From assembly GCA_002269645.1 (NCBI GenBank), contig NIVC01000759.1:1-64000 (forward strand): a DNA stretch of 64,000 nt. Direction: 5' to 3'. Source of the stretch: Macrostomum lignano (lineage: Eukaryota). Positions 45,050 through 58,130 of the stretch are shown here, piece by piece; the stretch's first letter is position 1; each line of letters starts with the position of its first letter. The notes under the pieces were generated by a model, which worked only from the letters and a program-made list of their open reading frames with translations, had not been told where the DNA came from and did no database searches. Position numbers and translations under genes: made by a program.

Positions 45050-46987
45050 ATGACAAAGGCCCGGTCAGTCCAGTACACAATGTCAGTCGCTGGGCGTGAT
45101 GGAATCCCCTGCTACTCAACCTTCCTGACCGGAGCCAGTCACGCCAAGTTTCTTTGGGCTTTGCTGAAGGACAGAGTAGACTGGATTGAATCCCTACGGC
45201 AGCACCTTGGCAGGAAGAAGTGGAAGCAGTTTATCAGGTGCACAGACCACCGGGATCAGACACTTGTCTGCCGAGCCGACCAGGCCCTCGACTCTTTCCG
45301 AACGAACCTGGACGGGGTGTCGTATCATCTGCAGCCTACCAACCCCTTCTTCTTGGCTATCAACTACGGAGCGAAGAAGATCAGCTTGCTCCTGAGAGAG
45401 TCGCTGGCCGCCGATTCTTGCTCCATCAGCGAGAGGGGTCTGAACGCCTATCATTACCTGCTACTGGGAATGCACTTTCAGACAATCAAGGCTGGTTTCG
45501 ATGACATCGCAGAAGACAACGGCTTCTACAGCTTTTTTCTCACTGAACTGTTCAACAGTGAGGAGATTAGAAAGCTCAAGATGTACCCGGAACAAGGCCT
45601 GTCTGCATATGAACTGATGGTCTTTCTAGACCGGCCCGACTCTGTTGACGAGGTGACGAACCATAAATTTGCTGCCGATTTTGCCGCGTCGCAGCTGGTG
45701 CGCAGCTACCAACAGCGCACATTTGACTTGACAGTTTATCACACAAACTGCTGGGAGAAAGAATCTCGATTCTTTGTGTCGCCACTGCTCATTCTGTTTG
45801 ATAAATTCAATACCGAGCGTGAGGACCTGCTGAGACTGCGGCAGCTGGGTGTGTTCCGACGTAGATCCTTTCTGGACACCTGGCTTCAGCTGGTGTGGAA
45901 CAAAACCTTTTGGTTCTGCTACGCAGGTCTGCTTATTAGGCTGCTGCTGGCTCTGCTGCTGCTGGCCTTTGACACCAACGGACCCATACACAGTCTCAGG
46001 CTAATTTGCCAGTTGATGCGTGATGGAGAAGTGAAAATTGAACAGGTGCCATATGACACAGGAACATTCACACCTGCCATCATCTGTCTGGTGTTAAACG
46101 AGCTCTACGATTGCTTTGATATGAGCATATCTCTCACCTTTATCCGTGCGCGCGAGACCTTTTTAAACAAAATCGGCTACCCAAAGGATCCCAGAAAAGG
46201 ATATAGAGAGATGCTGCGAGCCAGCGCCGCCATCGGGTTGTGCCTGGCCTTCCAAGGTGCGCTGATTGCAATTTACAGCTTGCCTGAGTTCTTAGCCAGA
46301 ATATTTCCAAGCTACCTGTCAATCATTACCGCAATGCTCACCGGCTTGCTGCTCCTCGTCAAGTTCTACTTGATTGTCGCGCACCTGCGCGTTGTTGGCC
46401 CGTTCCAAACATTCATGATCGGCATGACAGTCTGCTTCAACAACTTCATAGTCTTCGTGTCCGTGTACCTCGCTCTGATTGGCTTGTTCAGCCAGATCCT
46501 GTCCTCTGGCGTGCAGTCGGCGATGTCAGGCAATGACACGAGTCTAGCGCGCTCCGACCTGGGCCTGACCGGCAGAATCAGCCAGTACCTGCTGCCCGCC
46601 AGCTACTTCACATTCCTGCTGACGCTGAATATTGTCCCGGACATTGAATCCTTCGTGCCGCAGGCGGAGACTCTCCCGCTTGTCTTCTTTCACTTTGTGC
46701 TGATCCTGATGGTGCCGATTTTCTTTATTAATTTCATCATCGGCCTCCTGTCGATGCATCTGTCCAGCGTCAAGGAATTCTTCGATGAGCACCGCGCTAT
46801 GCTTCTCATCGAGTTCGGCTGCCAGGTGGAGTTCGTGAAGTTTGCGCTGGGCAGGATCGCGCCCTGCTGCAAGAGCAAGACGAAGCCTTTCTACTTGTTG
46901 TCTTGCGGCTCCGTGAATGAGAGGAGCCCAGTATTCTCCATCGCTGGCATCCAAGACCTGAGCGAGCCGCAATGGGACACCGACTAG
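45050..46987 (+). CDS. Divergent TRP-family (TRPV-like) cation channel, single long exon
   Basis: 645-aa open frame with GC3-rich codons, two ankyrin-like G..AY.L motifs, about six hydrophobic segments, S6-like ILMVPIFFINFIIGLLS; splice acceptor just upstream. Confidence 0.55.
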   Translation: MTKARSVQYTMSVAGRDGIPCYSTFLTGASHAKFLWALLKDRVDWIESLRQHLGRKKWKQFIRCTDHRDQTLVCRADQALDSFRTNLDGVSYHLQPTNPFFLAINYGAKKISLLLRESLAADSCSISERGLNAYHYLLLGMHFQTIKAGFDDIAEDNGFYSFFLTELFNSEEIRKLKMYPEQGLSAYELMVFLDRPDSVDEVTNHKFAADFAASQLVRSYQQRTFDLTVYHTNCWEKESRFFVSPLLILFDKFNTEREDLLRLRQLGVFRRRSFLDTWLQLVWNKTFWFCYAGLLIRLLLALLLLAFDTNGPIHSLRLICQLMRDGEVKIEQVPYDTGTFTPAIICLVLNELYDCFDMSISLTFIRARETFLNKIGYPKDPRKGYREMLRASAAIGLCLAFQGALIAIYSLPEFLARIFPSYLSIITAMLTGLLLLVKFYLIVAHLRVVGPFQTFMIGMTVCFNNFIVFVSVYLALIGLFSQILSSGVQSAMSGNDTSLARSDLGLTGRISQYLLPASYFTFLLTLNIVPDIESFVPQAETLPLVFFHFVLILMVPIFFINFIIGLLSMHLSSVKEFFDEHRAMLLIEFGCQVEFVKFALGRIAPCCKSKTKPFYLLSCGSVNERSPVFSIAGIQDLSEPQWDTD

Positions 46988-47806
46988 GACTCCGGGCGGC
47001 TTTCCGGACCACAAGACCGCTTTCAACGAGTGCAGAACATTCGTCGTGTGGGCACCAACCGCAAATATGAATGCACTTTGACCTTTTTGCATCCTTTGGA
47101 TTGGATTTTTTTCTACTTTATTAAATGCTTATAGATAGATAGACAGAGGTTCTCAGCACTTGAACTCAACATCCTGCACCTTTTTGTTCGCCGTAGTTGC
47201 GAGATGCGTTGCCAGGGAGGTACGCAGGCCATGCCAACCCCCCGCCCCGTGAGAGAAGTTCATGCAAGCATAAAATGTTTGTACCACTTCACATCTAGCA
47301 TTAGATTGCGCACCTATTATACGCGTAAAGCATAGAGTAGAGTTTTATTTTCCCGGATAATTTATTGCTGTGACTGCTTTTTCTGTTCTTGTCCGGCCAT
47401 TCAGTATCCTGCCACTAATTTGTCAGCACCATGAGCGCCACGCCCAGAAATATTGGGACAGAAATTTCTGTAATATCTTACTGTTTCACTCATCGCTAGA
47501 ACCACTCATTAGCAGGATTGCGCCTTGAGTCTTTTTGGCTACTTAGACGAATGAGTGCTGATTTTCCAAAGCTTCAAGCATGCGGGCACAGCCCGGCACC
47601 CATTGCGAATCCCGAAGGACAAATAAACACTCTGGCACCTCTCTAATGAAAGTCTTTGAGCTCAAAGACGCGTCTCAGCTTCAATTTCCAAATTGAAGCA
47701 GACAAAGAGCGAAACAGAAATGAGCAAGGCTCAAAATTCAATTAACCTGAGTGAGCTTGCAGACAGACACTGGGACACACAGACAGACAGAGGCAGACAG
47801 ACAGGC

Positions 47807-47859
<53 letters not shown>

Positions 47860-47883
47860 GGCAGACAGACAGACAGACACAGG

Positions 47884-47917
<34 letters not shown>

Positions 47918-47931
47918 CAGGTAGACACAGG

Positions 47932-47981
<50 letters not shown>

Positions 47982-49203
47982 CAGGTAGACACAGGTAGAC
48001 AGACAGACAGACATACAGACACTTGGGGGGCAGACTTAGTTAGCAGTTTGGGCCATCATCTTGTGTCTTATTGTAAAAACTCAGTATTCAAAATGTAGAC
48101 AGTATTTCAGCCTCACTGGCGAGCTCATAGTCTATGGCATGTTGAAAAAAAGCCTCTAAGGCTGAGGAGGTTTGTGCCATAAACTAAAATCGATGGCCCA
48201 GCCTTCTTCAGATTAGGCGTACAGGCCTAGCGCTGCCAAGAGTCACCCTAGGGAGAAATTTCAACCCTCCACTGCAAAAAATCGGCTACTGTGTCAAAGA
48301 GCGGCTAGTGGGCCAGCAACAACTTTTGCGAAAGAACTGCTGCTGCTGACGGTGAGTTTCTTGCTTTCATTCTTGAAATTGGTTTTGTGTTATACAAGTT
48401 GTGGTGGTTCTATGAAGTTTGCTACCGAGAAACTAGCTAGCCGAACTTTGCTAGCGAAGATTTTGCTAGCTGTTGCATGCCGCTTTCGTTACCAAGTCGA
48501 AGATCAGATCGTTTAATGTCAGTAGCCGGCCCTCACACACTGCCTCTCTTTTTTCTTTCCTTTATATTTCTTTTGTATAGCTTTTTGCAGTCAGTTTGAG
48601 CTTAGGAGCAGCTGACTTAATCCAGAGTGGAAGAACGCTACACTCGAGACAAATGCTGCTGCCCCTAGTCAATGACCCAAAAGTTTGACTGGTGAGCAAA
48701 GGCTTAATCTTTGGAGCATAAACTTAGTCCTCTAATGACTGCTGAAGGCTTAGCATCGCTCTCTAACCTACAAGTCAGCAATAATGTGAGCTTGGAATAT
48801 GAAAATAGCGACACTACGCTCGTAACTAAGAAACGACCCCAGACGAGCAGGGCGACGGCCTGCAACCAAGAGCATGGACAAAAATCAGTGATGAGATGCA
48901 CAATCTTAGTCATCAAAGCCTTGGACAGAGGTGAGCGACCGGCCAATACAGTGCACCACAATTTCCTTTTCGAGACGACGACGACTGCCAGATTTCAGGA
49001 GATGAAACCACGCCATCAGGCGACAAAAGGTTTGATGATGATGATTATGATGATGCCGAGGAGCTGATTCAGGCAGAATAAAATCCAGATGCAAAAACGG
49101 AAAATGGACCAAGTTTATGCTCCAATGAAAAAGTCTTTGCTCACCAGTCAAACTCCAGGGCCATAAGCTAGTTGTCTCAAGTGTTAGCGTTCTGTCACTG
49201 TGG

Positions 49204-52200
49204 CAAGGACAACTTGATAACTCAGGACCGGAAACGAGCCAATTCATGGCGAAAAAAGTATGAGGCTCGTTTAAAAGCATTGTTCTATGGCCCATCCGTA
49301 TGCGCATGCTTTCAGTTGCCAATGTATGCGCGTATCATATTTGACTTTTTGATAGGCAGTCAGAAGGCGGGTGCAGGGTCGGTTTTCTTAAATGTTGAAT
49401 AGTTTTATTACATAAAGTAACCTTCGTGAAAATACACAATGGGAAAGCTGTAAATGCAGAACATGTATAAGGAAACTCGAGAAAAATTTACGATTCTTTC
49501 TTCATCTGAACTACAAACAGAGAGGAAAATAACAGTCACAGAACGGGACAAGAGCTGACCATGATAAATAGTGAAGTGTTTGCTCCAGGTTCGCTCACTG
49601 TCCACTCAGCTTCAGTATTTTTCTATCGTGCACTTTATCCGGTGAAGGAGCGCTCTTTGCTCCTCGTTGAACATAACCCTTGAAGAAACAGTTGGTGAGG
49701 CGCACGCAGCATCCCAGAACATCTGCTTCAGGGAAGTAAAACTCGCCAACGGCAGCAAACAATTTGCGCACTCGCAAAGCACATGACGGTGATTGCAGCG
49801 AAATGAAGCATCCGAAACAAAGGCAAGCAAAATTGAACAGCCACTTTGGCGGGTGCTTCAACTTTCCCCGGGAAATCATTTCAGTGAATTCACCGAGCGG
49901 GCGGGGTGTTTAAATTTTCGGCAGGATCATCACCGGCAATTTTCTCCTTAAACGTTATGTAGCCTGAAATGTTATTATTATGCCTCAGTTGTCCTTCGCC
50001 TCAGCAATCGTTATTTCCATCCAAGTTCAAGTAACACAAATGCATGCCTTACCTGCAATATAATAAACAGATGCCTTTTCGGCCATTGATAGGCTCTCAG
50101 CTTTGACGTAGCAGTCATCGAGCGTCGAAAGTTCTTCGTCTGAAAGGGGCGTGTCGCAGCAAAGTCCTTTGTTGTGCACGAATCCATCCAGCTCTAACAC
50201 TGTGTAGAGTTTCATTCGTCGGAGTCGAGCGCTGAGAAGAACTTGCTCTACTGAGATAAAGTAATTGCCTCCGCTCATTTGGCGATAAACACCAAATTCT
50301 GCTTCCAGAGGATCACTTTGCAACTCCGCTATGAGAATGTAAGTTGCACCAGATTCGCAGAGCAGTCGTTCGCATAGTTCTATGATTGCATGAATAGTGT
50401 AAGCTAATGACCTCTTCGTCTCTGACGTCAGAGATTGGTGTCTTGTTCTTCCCTTTCCACTGCGCATCTCCTCAATCGATTCGCAAAGCGCGCGCAGGAA
50501 CTTGATGTTTGGATCTTGAACTGAATAGACAGCCCGTCTGTCTGGGTCATTAAGTCTAACATGAAGATGCGGGTTCTTGCAGTTCACAATTTTCCAGAAT
50601 TTTGAAATAACGTCAATGAATGCAGCTGTTCCATTCTTCCCGTCGCATTTTAGGGCGGCAGCAACATTGTCGCAGAAAACTTGAAGAGCTAAATTGACTT
50701 TAGTCTTTTGGACATTTGTTGGGAAACACGCTTCGTATGTAATGCCTGTACGCTTAACAATGTGATTTGCTTCAGATTTATACAGTTCTACAATGTCTGA
50801 CCACTTAGCCGTGACGACTGTTGTATACTTGGGCAAACGAATGGTTAGCATTCCATCAGACTCAGACTGCCAATAGTTCCGAATTGACTTTAAAAGGTGT
50901 ACAACATCATGGAGCAAAAAGAAAGTAGACTCCTGTGATTCAGATTTGCCGATCCAAGGTTTTGTCTGTTGAGCAGCAAACATCGAGAAGCACTTTCTTT
51001 TTGTGGGATGGTTGTCACACACAAGCGCTACAACGAGGCCTCCATGTTGATTGACGAGTTGAATGCACTTTCGAAGCTGATGGTACAAAAAGTCGGCGGA
51101 AAGAAGAAAAATCGGTATCAGCCTTAGAACAAATGGCTTACCGCCTAACAATGGCTTCAACATTATTGCGAGCACTGTTCGAGCAGTTTTGTTATGATTG
51201 TCTGACGCTTGGCCGAGCAGATGTTGGCACCGATAGCGAATCGATGGCTGGACATACATTTCATCGAAAATCAACACACAAGACTTCTGCTGCGGTTTCA
51301 GTTTGGCAAATGTGACCTTTACGATTCGTGTGCATCATTTTCAGTGCCAATCTCTCCTAGACCAGCCAACTGAGTGCGTAATGTGCGTTGGTGGGGCAAA
51401 GGAAGGAGCGTCTGTGCATGCGCGTATGCAGAACTGCTAATCAGGTAAAGCAAAGCAGATTGGCGCATAGTGGCAATGTCGTATCGTCGATTGTTTGGGT
51501 GGGTTGTGGCGAACTCGAGTAGCTTCAGGATGAATGTAACTGATGTGTCCGGTACAACTCCATCGTGGTTAAAGGCAATAGAAAGGTTCTTAGATAATGC
51601 CCTCACCTCACTTTCGACGTCCACTGTAGAGTTTTTACAACGATTTATGATAGCTTCAAGTTGCGACCAATACTTTAATGTAGGTTGAAATCCAAGCAGA
51701 TCTCGAACCGCAACTGGTGAGTGTAACCGAAAGCATCGCATGGAATGGTTTGGTGAAACGAAAACTCGCAGAACCATTTCGGCATTGGCGCTTAACGAGA
51801 AGATAAACACCTCCTCTTGAACAATTGTAACAATAAGCTGATGTGCTTTGATGACGTCTGAACAGTGAATGGATGCTCGGAATTCAGTCCACGATGGCAG
51901 CGTGTCCCGCTCTCGAAATTCTACTAGTTCATCTTGGAAAAGGCATCGTTCGGACAGCAGCACGCCCCTTTCCTCAGCCTGTCGACTAGCACGCACTGCA
52001 ATATCCAAGCACGCACCTTAGTGTTTCGTTTCGACCCTATTTGATGGAGTGCAAATATTTGAGCAGTAGAACTTCACAAAGCTTGTGTTTGAACGAGGCA
52101 GGACTGCGGGACTCCGTCGAAAACTGATGGTGGATGTAGCGGCCTTTCATTTCTTCCCTTTTTTATCATTGGTGCATCTTGAGGCCAGTGCTTAGCACAC

Positions 52201-52635
52201 ACGCCCATGTAGTCTGTCACGGTCTAAACAACAACAAAATTGCTAATGAATTCATGTGGCCAGGCTAAATCTGATTCACAAAGCACATTTGAAGAAATTC
52301 TTACCGTCAGTTGATTAGGCAGAGACAGTCGCCAAGCCTCTCGTTCAGTTTCATCTTTAGGAAACGAAAATACTGCAACATTCCGATCACGGTTACTATT
52401 GTAGTTTGCACAACAAAAAATGACGCTGCATTTTCTCGGCATGATATTTAGTTTCAGCAAGAATAAAAGTTCTCTCTCTCAATTGCAAGTGCATGCGAAG
52501 AACTCAATTTTAAGCTCAGATTTCTTCGCTTTCGTAGCTTTGGATGGGCCATAGAACAATGCTTTTAAACGAGCCTCATACTTTTTTCGCCATGAATTGG
52601 CTCGTTTCCGGTCCTGAGTTATCAAGTTGTCCTTG
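49204..52635 (-). mobile_element. P-element/THAP9-type DNA transposon, full length, transposase disrupted
   Basis: 94-bp perfect TIRs starting CAAGG (49204-49297, 52542-52635), 8-bp TSD cactgtgg on both sides; THAP domain (CSV..C...FPKD...W, intron, CAKHW) and LIFDEM, HDVVHLLKSIRN, QSDPLEAEFG..RQ..G motifs. Confidence 0.93.
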
Positions 52636-52983
52636 CACTGTGGATTAATTCAACTGCCCCTAAGCTCAAGCTAAGAGAAGAAAGCTATATTATCTTGAGC
52701 GCAAGGGGTATAGCAGTGTCGATGGCAACTGAAAGTAAACCTATTATAGAGATAGCTCGTATACATATTCTACACCAGCCCAGTTTGCAAAACATTTTGT
52801 ACCCTAGACTAGACAGTATACCAAAGTTAACAATTTAACATTGACACTGTTTTGCGCTACTTCTCATGAAACACTCGAAAAATCGCTCCGTTCCTGGAAA
52901 AAGAACCGATGGGTGAAACGTCTTGCGTGAACGCAGCTGTCTATGGTATGATCCACGAGCTAAATTTAGCCTAGCCACCACTA

Positions 52984-55034
52984 CACCATTTTACCCTCGA
53001 TTTTGAACAAGGAGAACTTCGAAACTGACAAACTCCTCTTCAATATTGACACTCTATGGTCGGGCACTCAAAATCTACAATCAATATTGACAGATCAAGC
53101 TTCAATTTTGACAAACTCTGGTTCAATTTTGACAATGCACGTTTAGTCAACTTCTCCTGGGAGAATTCGGTAACAAAGTAATCCAATGAAAGCCTGAACG
53201 GGGCTGAAGTGAGCTGTGCAAAATCAGCTTATTCTGACTTTGCTTTTTGGATCTACAAGTATTGATAAAATTTATTTTTCTCCATCCTTTAGACACACAG
53301 ACTAAAATAGCCTGACTGGTTGGGCTGCAAAGTCTGATTCTATTTTGACAGAGTTGCTTCAAAACTGACACTCCATGGTTTGTGTACCCAAAAAGTCCGC
53401 TTCATTTTTGACAACTCCGAATCAATATTGAACAGTTAACAATCAATTTTGACTAAGAATTTTTTGAAATAGATTTTGACAATTTTACTAAGATTTCTCT
53501 CTTGAGGGGGGGTACTTGCTATTTGGGAGAAGGGGTACTGGCTGCATGTATCTACGAGTACATGTATGGGAATATTTTTATCCAGGGATGCTTGCTATCT
53601 GGGTGGATGTTTGCTACCTGGATGATGCTTGCTATCTGCAAGATGCTTGCTATCTGGGGGATGCTTGCTATCTGGGGAATGCTTGCTATCTGGGTGGATG
53701 TTTGCTACCTGGATGATGCTTGCTATCTGGGGGATGCTTGCTATCTGGGTGGATGTTTGCTACCTGGATGATGCTTGCTATCTGGGTGGATGTTTGCTAT
53801 CTGGGTGGATGCTTGCTATCTGGGTGGATGCTTGCTATCTGGGTGGATGTTTGCTATCTGGGTGGATGTTTGCTATCTGGGGGATGCTTGCTATCTGGGT
53901 GGATGTTTGCTATCTGGGTGGATGTTTGCTATCTGGGTGGATGCTTGCTATCTGGGTGGATGTTTGCTACCTGGATGATGCTTGCTATCTGGGGGATGCT
54001 TGCTATCTGGGTGGATGTTTGCTACCTGGATGATGCTTGCTATCTGGGTGGATGTTTGCTATCTGGGTGGATGCTTGCTATCTGGGTGGATGTTTGCTAT
54101 CTGGGTGGATGTTTGCTATCTGGGGGATGCTTGCTATCTGGGTGGATGCTTGCTATCTGGGTGGATGTTTGCTATCTGGGTGGATGTTTGCTATCTGGGT
54201 GGATGCTTGCTATCTGGGTGGATGTTTGCTATCTGGGTGGATGCTTGCTATCTGGGTGGATGTTTGCTATCTGGGTGGATGTTTGCTATCTGGGTGGATG
54301 CTTGCTATCTGGGTGGATGCTTCTATCTGAGGGATGCTTGCTATCTGGGTGGATGCTTGCTGTCTTGGGATGTTAAATGACCGGCATTTTGCTAGAGTCT
54401 CTGAGAGAGCAGGGACTCTAGCAAGCATCCCTAAATAGAAATATTCCCATACATGTACTCGTAGATACATGCAGCCAGTACCCCTTCTCCCAAATAGCAA
54501 GTACCCCCCCTCAAGAGAGAAATCTTAGTAAAAATTGTCAAAATCTATTTCAAAAAATTTCTTAGTCAAAATTGATTGTTAACTGTTCAATATTGATTCG
54601 GAGTTGTCAAAAATGAAGCGGACTTTTTGGGTACACAAACCATGGAGTGTCAGTTTTGAAGCAACTCTGTCAAAATAGAATCAGACTTTGCAGCCCAACC
54701 AGTCAGGCTATTTTAGTCTGTGTGTCTAAAGGATGGAGAAAAATAAATTTTATCAATACTTGTAGATCCAAAAAGCAAAGTCAGAATAAGCTGATTTTGC
54801 ACAGCTCACTTCAGCCCCGTTCAGGCTTTCATTGGATTACTTTGTTACCGAATTCTCCCAGGAGAAGTTGACTAAACGTGCATTGTCAAAATTGAACCAG
54901 AGTTTGTCAAAATTGAAGCTTGATCTGTCAATATTGATTGTAGATTTTGAGTGCCCGACCATAGAGTGTCAATATTGAAGAGGAGTTTGTCAGTTTCGAA
55001 GTTCTCCTTGTTCAAAATCGAGGGTAAAATGGTG
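52984..55034. mobile_element. Foldback non-autonomous element: about 610-bp inverted arms around an 18-bp satellite; TA target duplication
   Basis: TA-CACCATTTTACCCTCG...CGAGGGTAAAATGGTG-TA; arms about 52984-53597 and 54419-55034 are reverse complements; core tgctatctgggtggatg(c/t)t array 53585-54362. Confidence 0.9.
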
Positions 55035-55429
55035 TAAGAAAGCAATGCCAATAGTGGAAGAAATTTTTGCAGTTTAGACGAATTCAGTTGCAAAAAGTTT
55101 ATATTTTTAACGTAGCGCTGCGTATTCCCGAAATTCATTGAATAGATAATAGTCAGCTCAGTGTCTAGGCAAAATCTTTTTTAGTTGCTAGTCACTTGAG
55201 AACATGGAAAGAGCTTATGATACGGAACTTTACAGAACATTTACCACGTAAATTTACTTTCGTTTTGATTGCCACAGATAAATGAGACAAAGCCAGTGTT
55301 CAGCTGTGGGTGACGGTCACAGCTGCAGTAGCCTAGACTTGTATTGTATACTTATATATTTGTACACAAAGGCTAAACTTGATTTCATACGAATGAGCGC
55401 CTAGAAACATCGCCCATCGTTGCAAACTA

Positions 55430-58130
55430 CTTGCTGCCACAAGCTCAATGGTCTCGGAATCGAAAATTGCTAGAAGCGGTTTGTGGTCCGCGACCAGGAT
55501 TAACTTTCGACCAAATAGGTACTAAAGAAACTTCTCAAGTCCAAGTATAATTGCCAATGCCTCTTTTTCAATTCGGGCATAGATCTTTTCAGCAGCTGAC
55601 AGTGTTCTAGAAGCGTAGGCGATTGGCCTGTCTCCGGTCTTCGTTTCATGGGAAATGACCGAACCAAAACCGTAAGGTCAAGCGTCATATTCTAGCTTCA
55701 GCTTCTAGGAGGATCATAGTGAGTCAGCACCTTGCTTGAGGTAAGTTGACCTTTGACGTGCTTGAACGCGGATTCGCACTCGGCTGGCCAGTCGAAATCC
55801 TTTTCTTTTCGAAGTCGCAAGTAAAAGGGGTGCATCAAAGGAACCAGATTCTTTGTAAACAAAGTAACCAAATTAACCAGTCCAATCCAAGCTCTCAGCT
55901 CGGACACATTTCGTGGGCGTGGAGCCTCATGGATAGCTCTGATATTGTCCTCAGTTCGGTGGATTCTCTTTTCATCTATCCTGTATCCAAGGAAAGTGAC
56001 AGACGTCTGCCCGAATTTGCACTTCGACTTCTTTAGTCTGACACCTCGCTCTCGAAAGCGTTGCAAAACCTTCTTCAGATTTTGCAAATGTTCCTCGGAA
56101 TTCTTCCTAACAACTAAAACATCGTCAATGGAGCAGATGACTCCGCTCAGTCCTTGCAGCATCTTGCAGCCCAATCCTTGCAGCATCTTGCAGCTCAGTC
56201 CTTGCAGCATCTTGCAGCTCAGTCCTTGCAGCTCGCGTTCTTTACTACGCTTTGCGTTTCGAGGATCTGATTCCACTCAGTTTCAAGCCACCCTGTCGCA
56301 TCCAGTCTCTTTCAAGTACGAGCTAAATTGGACCCGATGCCTGACACTGCAAGTATCGAAAGTTTGGCAATCTGACCTAGGTACGCTCGTACTCTGCGAA
56401 AACACTGCATTTACCCTTGACAGTAATTTCTCCACCAAGGTACATGTAATGATGGAGCTTGGTATCCTTCGGCTGCTACTCTGCTGTCTCTTTATTCAGG
56501 ATGGTCCTTTCAGCCCCTGCGTCGACTTCGAAGCAAACAGGCTTTTCGTTAATCAAAATTTCTACGAAGTAAGCAGGATTGCCTCTGTCGTATACCCGAT
56601 TGATGTTTAGTGGTGATACTCTGGCTTCTTGGTTACACGGTTCGTTCGCGAATTACTATGTACCCTGCTTGTTGGGACATCCTTTCAGAGCCACGGTATA
56701 CTTACGAGCTACATACAACTCCCAGATGTCCTTCCTTTCCACACTTCTTGCACTTTTTACGAGCTATTACGATGTGGGCAAGTATTTGCCAAGTGATCTG
56801 GGGCAGAGCAACGGTAGCGCCTGCGAGAAGATGTAAGCTTCTCCTTGTTTCCTTCCCTGATTTCGCGTGTCACAGTCATGGATGAATAATACGTCGTATA
56901 ACTGGATCGTTCGTCAAAAGCTCGATTTTTTGGTCATAGCCATAGAAAAGCACCAGCATCACAAAAAGAGGATCGCAACTCGTACGTGACACGTATTGTA
57001 TGTTACAAGTACTCCTACGTGTAAGTACGGCATTCTGTAGCTATAACCTTTCGCAAGTAGAAAGTTGAGTTCTTCAATTAATCTCTCCACCTGACCATTT
57101 GACTGATGATGTCCTGGAGGAGTAAGGGTATGGTCACTTTTCTCACAGGAATGCTTTGAACTCTAGCAAAAAAGTGCTACTGCTGTCTTAAACGAGATTC
57201 TTCGGTATTCCTTTGTGTTTGCATGTCCTGCGAAGGGCATTAATAAGGGGGTGCCTTCATCGACGGTATGGACTGGATTCTCACCCACTTTAAAATGTGT
57301 CAACTAGTACCAGAAAATCTTGGCTTTTAAAAGTAGCTGTCTACATAAATTCTTTGTAAGAAACTTTTTGCCTCTGCCCATGTTGACAGATTTGCATTTT
57401 GTACTTTTTCTGGCATGGAGCTGAAATCGCACGCAACGCTGGACGAAGGCGTTAATCTGAGCGTCTATGATAGGCCACCAAAAGTATTGTCTCGACAGAT
57501 GTAACATCCACGAGATGCTCGAGTGGCCCTGATGAAGTAATTGAAGAATTTATTTTCTTATACTGGTAATGGAATGATGCGCAATTCCTTGAAAACTCTG
57601 CTTCGTTTTGCATTGTGTACTCGCTTGTTTCGGGAATGCAGCAGCACCTTGAATATATTTTATTATTTCAATTGAGTATGTCCAGTTTACAATCCTTGGT
57701 GCGTACAATCGTTTGCGGTAAATGTTCAGAATTCTTCAAGCCGTCTAGCGCATTGATTTCTAACAGATTGATCTTCTGCCATGAACTACTCAAGAAACAT
57801 ATATATAGGACGCAACACTCGAAATCTATGGTAAATGTTTTGAAGGCAACTTTTCGCCGAAAAATACACTACAGAGATAGGTTTTAATTTTCTCCCTGAG
57901 CGCCTTGACCTGATCGTCGTAAGGTGTTTCCTTGGGCTTCTTCGGCGACAGCAGGTTGCGAAGAAGCTGATAGCAGTCGTTTCCTATCACTGTTATCAGC
58001 GTCGCTCTCTTCTGCCTCTCTTTGGTTACCTTGGTCACAACGAGGAACTGCTCGAGTCGCTCTTCGTAGTCTTCCCATTGATCCGGTTTAGCTATGTCGA
58101 ACTCGGATATTTTAGAACTCGTCGCCATTG
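55430..58130 (-). mobile_element. Decayed, rearranged Gypsy LTR retrotransposon
   Basis: PBS TGGCGACGAG overlapping the gag ATG (58128); gag, CCHC knuckles (about 56700-56850), protease FEVDAGA (about 56520), RT CSIDDVLV, RNase H; integrase zinc finger/core at 57000-57500. Confidence 0.8.

Noticed and set aside
19366-54380. Many long low-complexity ORFs (e.g. 19394-19897, 26136-26801, 30683-31188, 31509-32019, 32758-33561, 33729-34196, 47693-48022, 53502-54380)
   Set aside because: Stop-free translations of satellites, open in several frames at once
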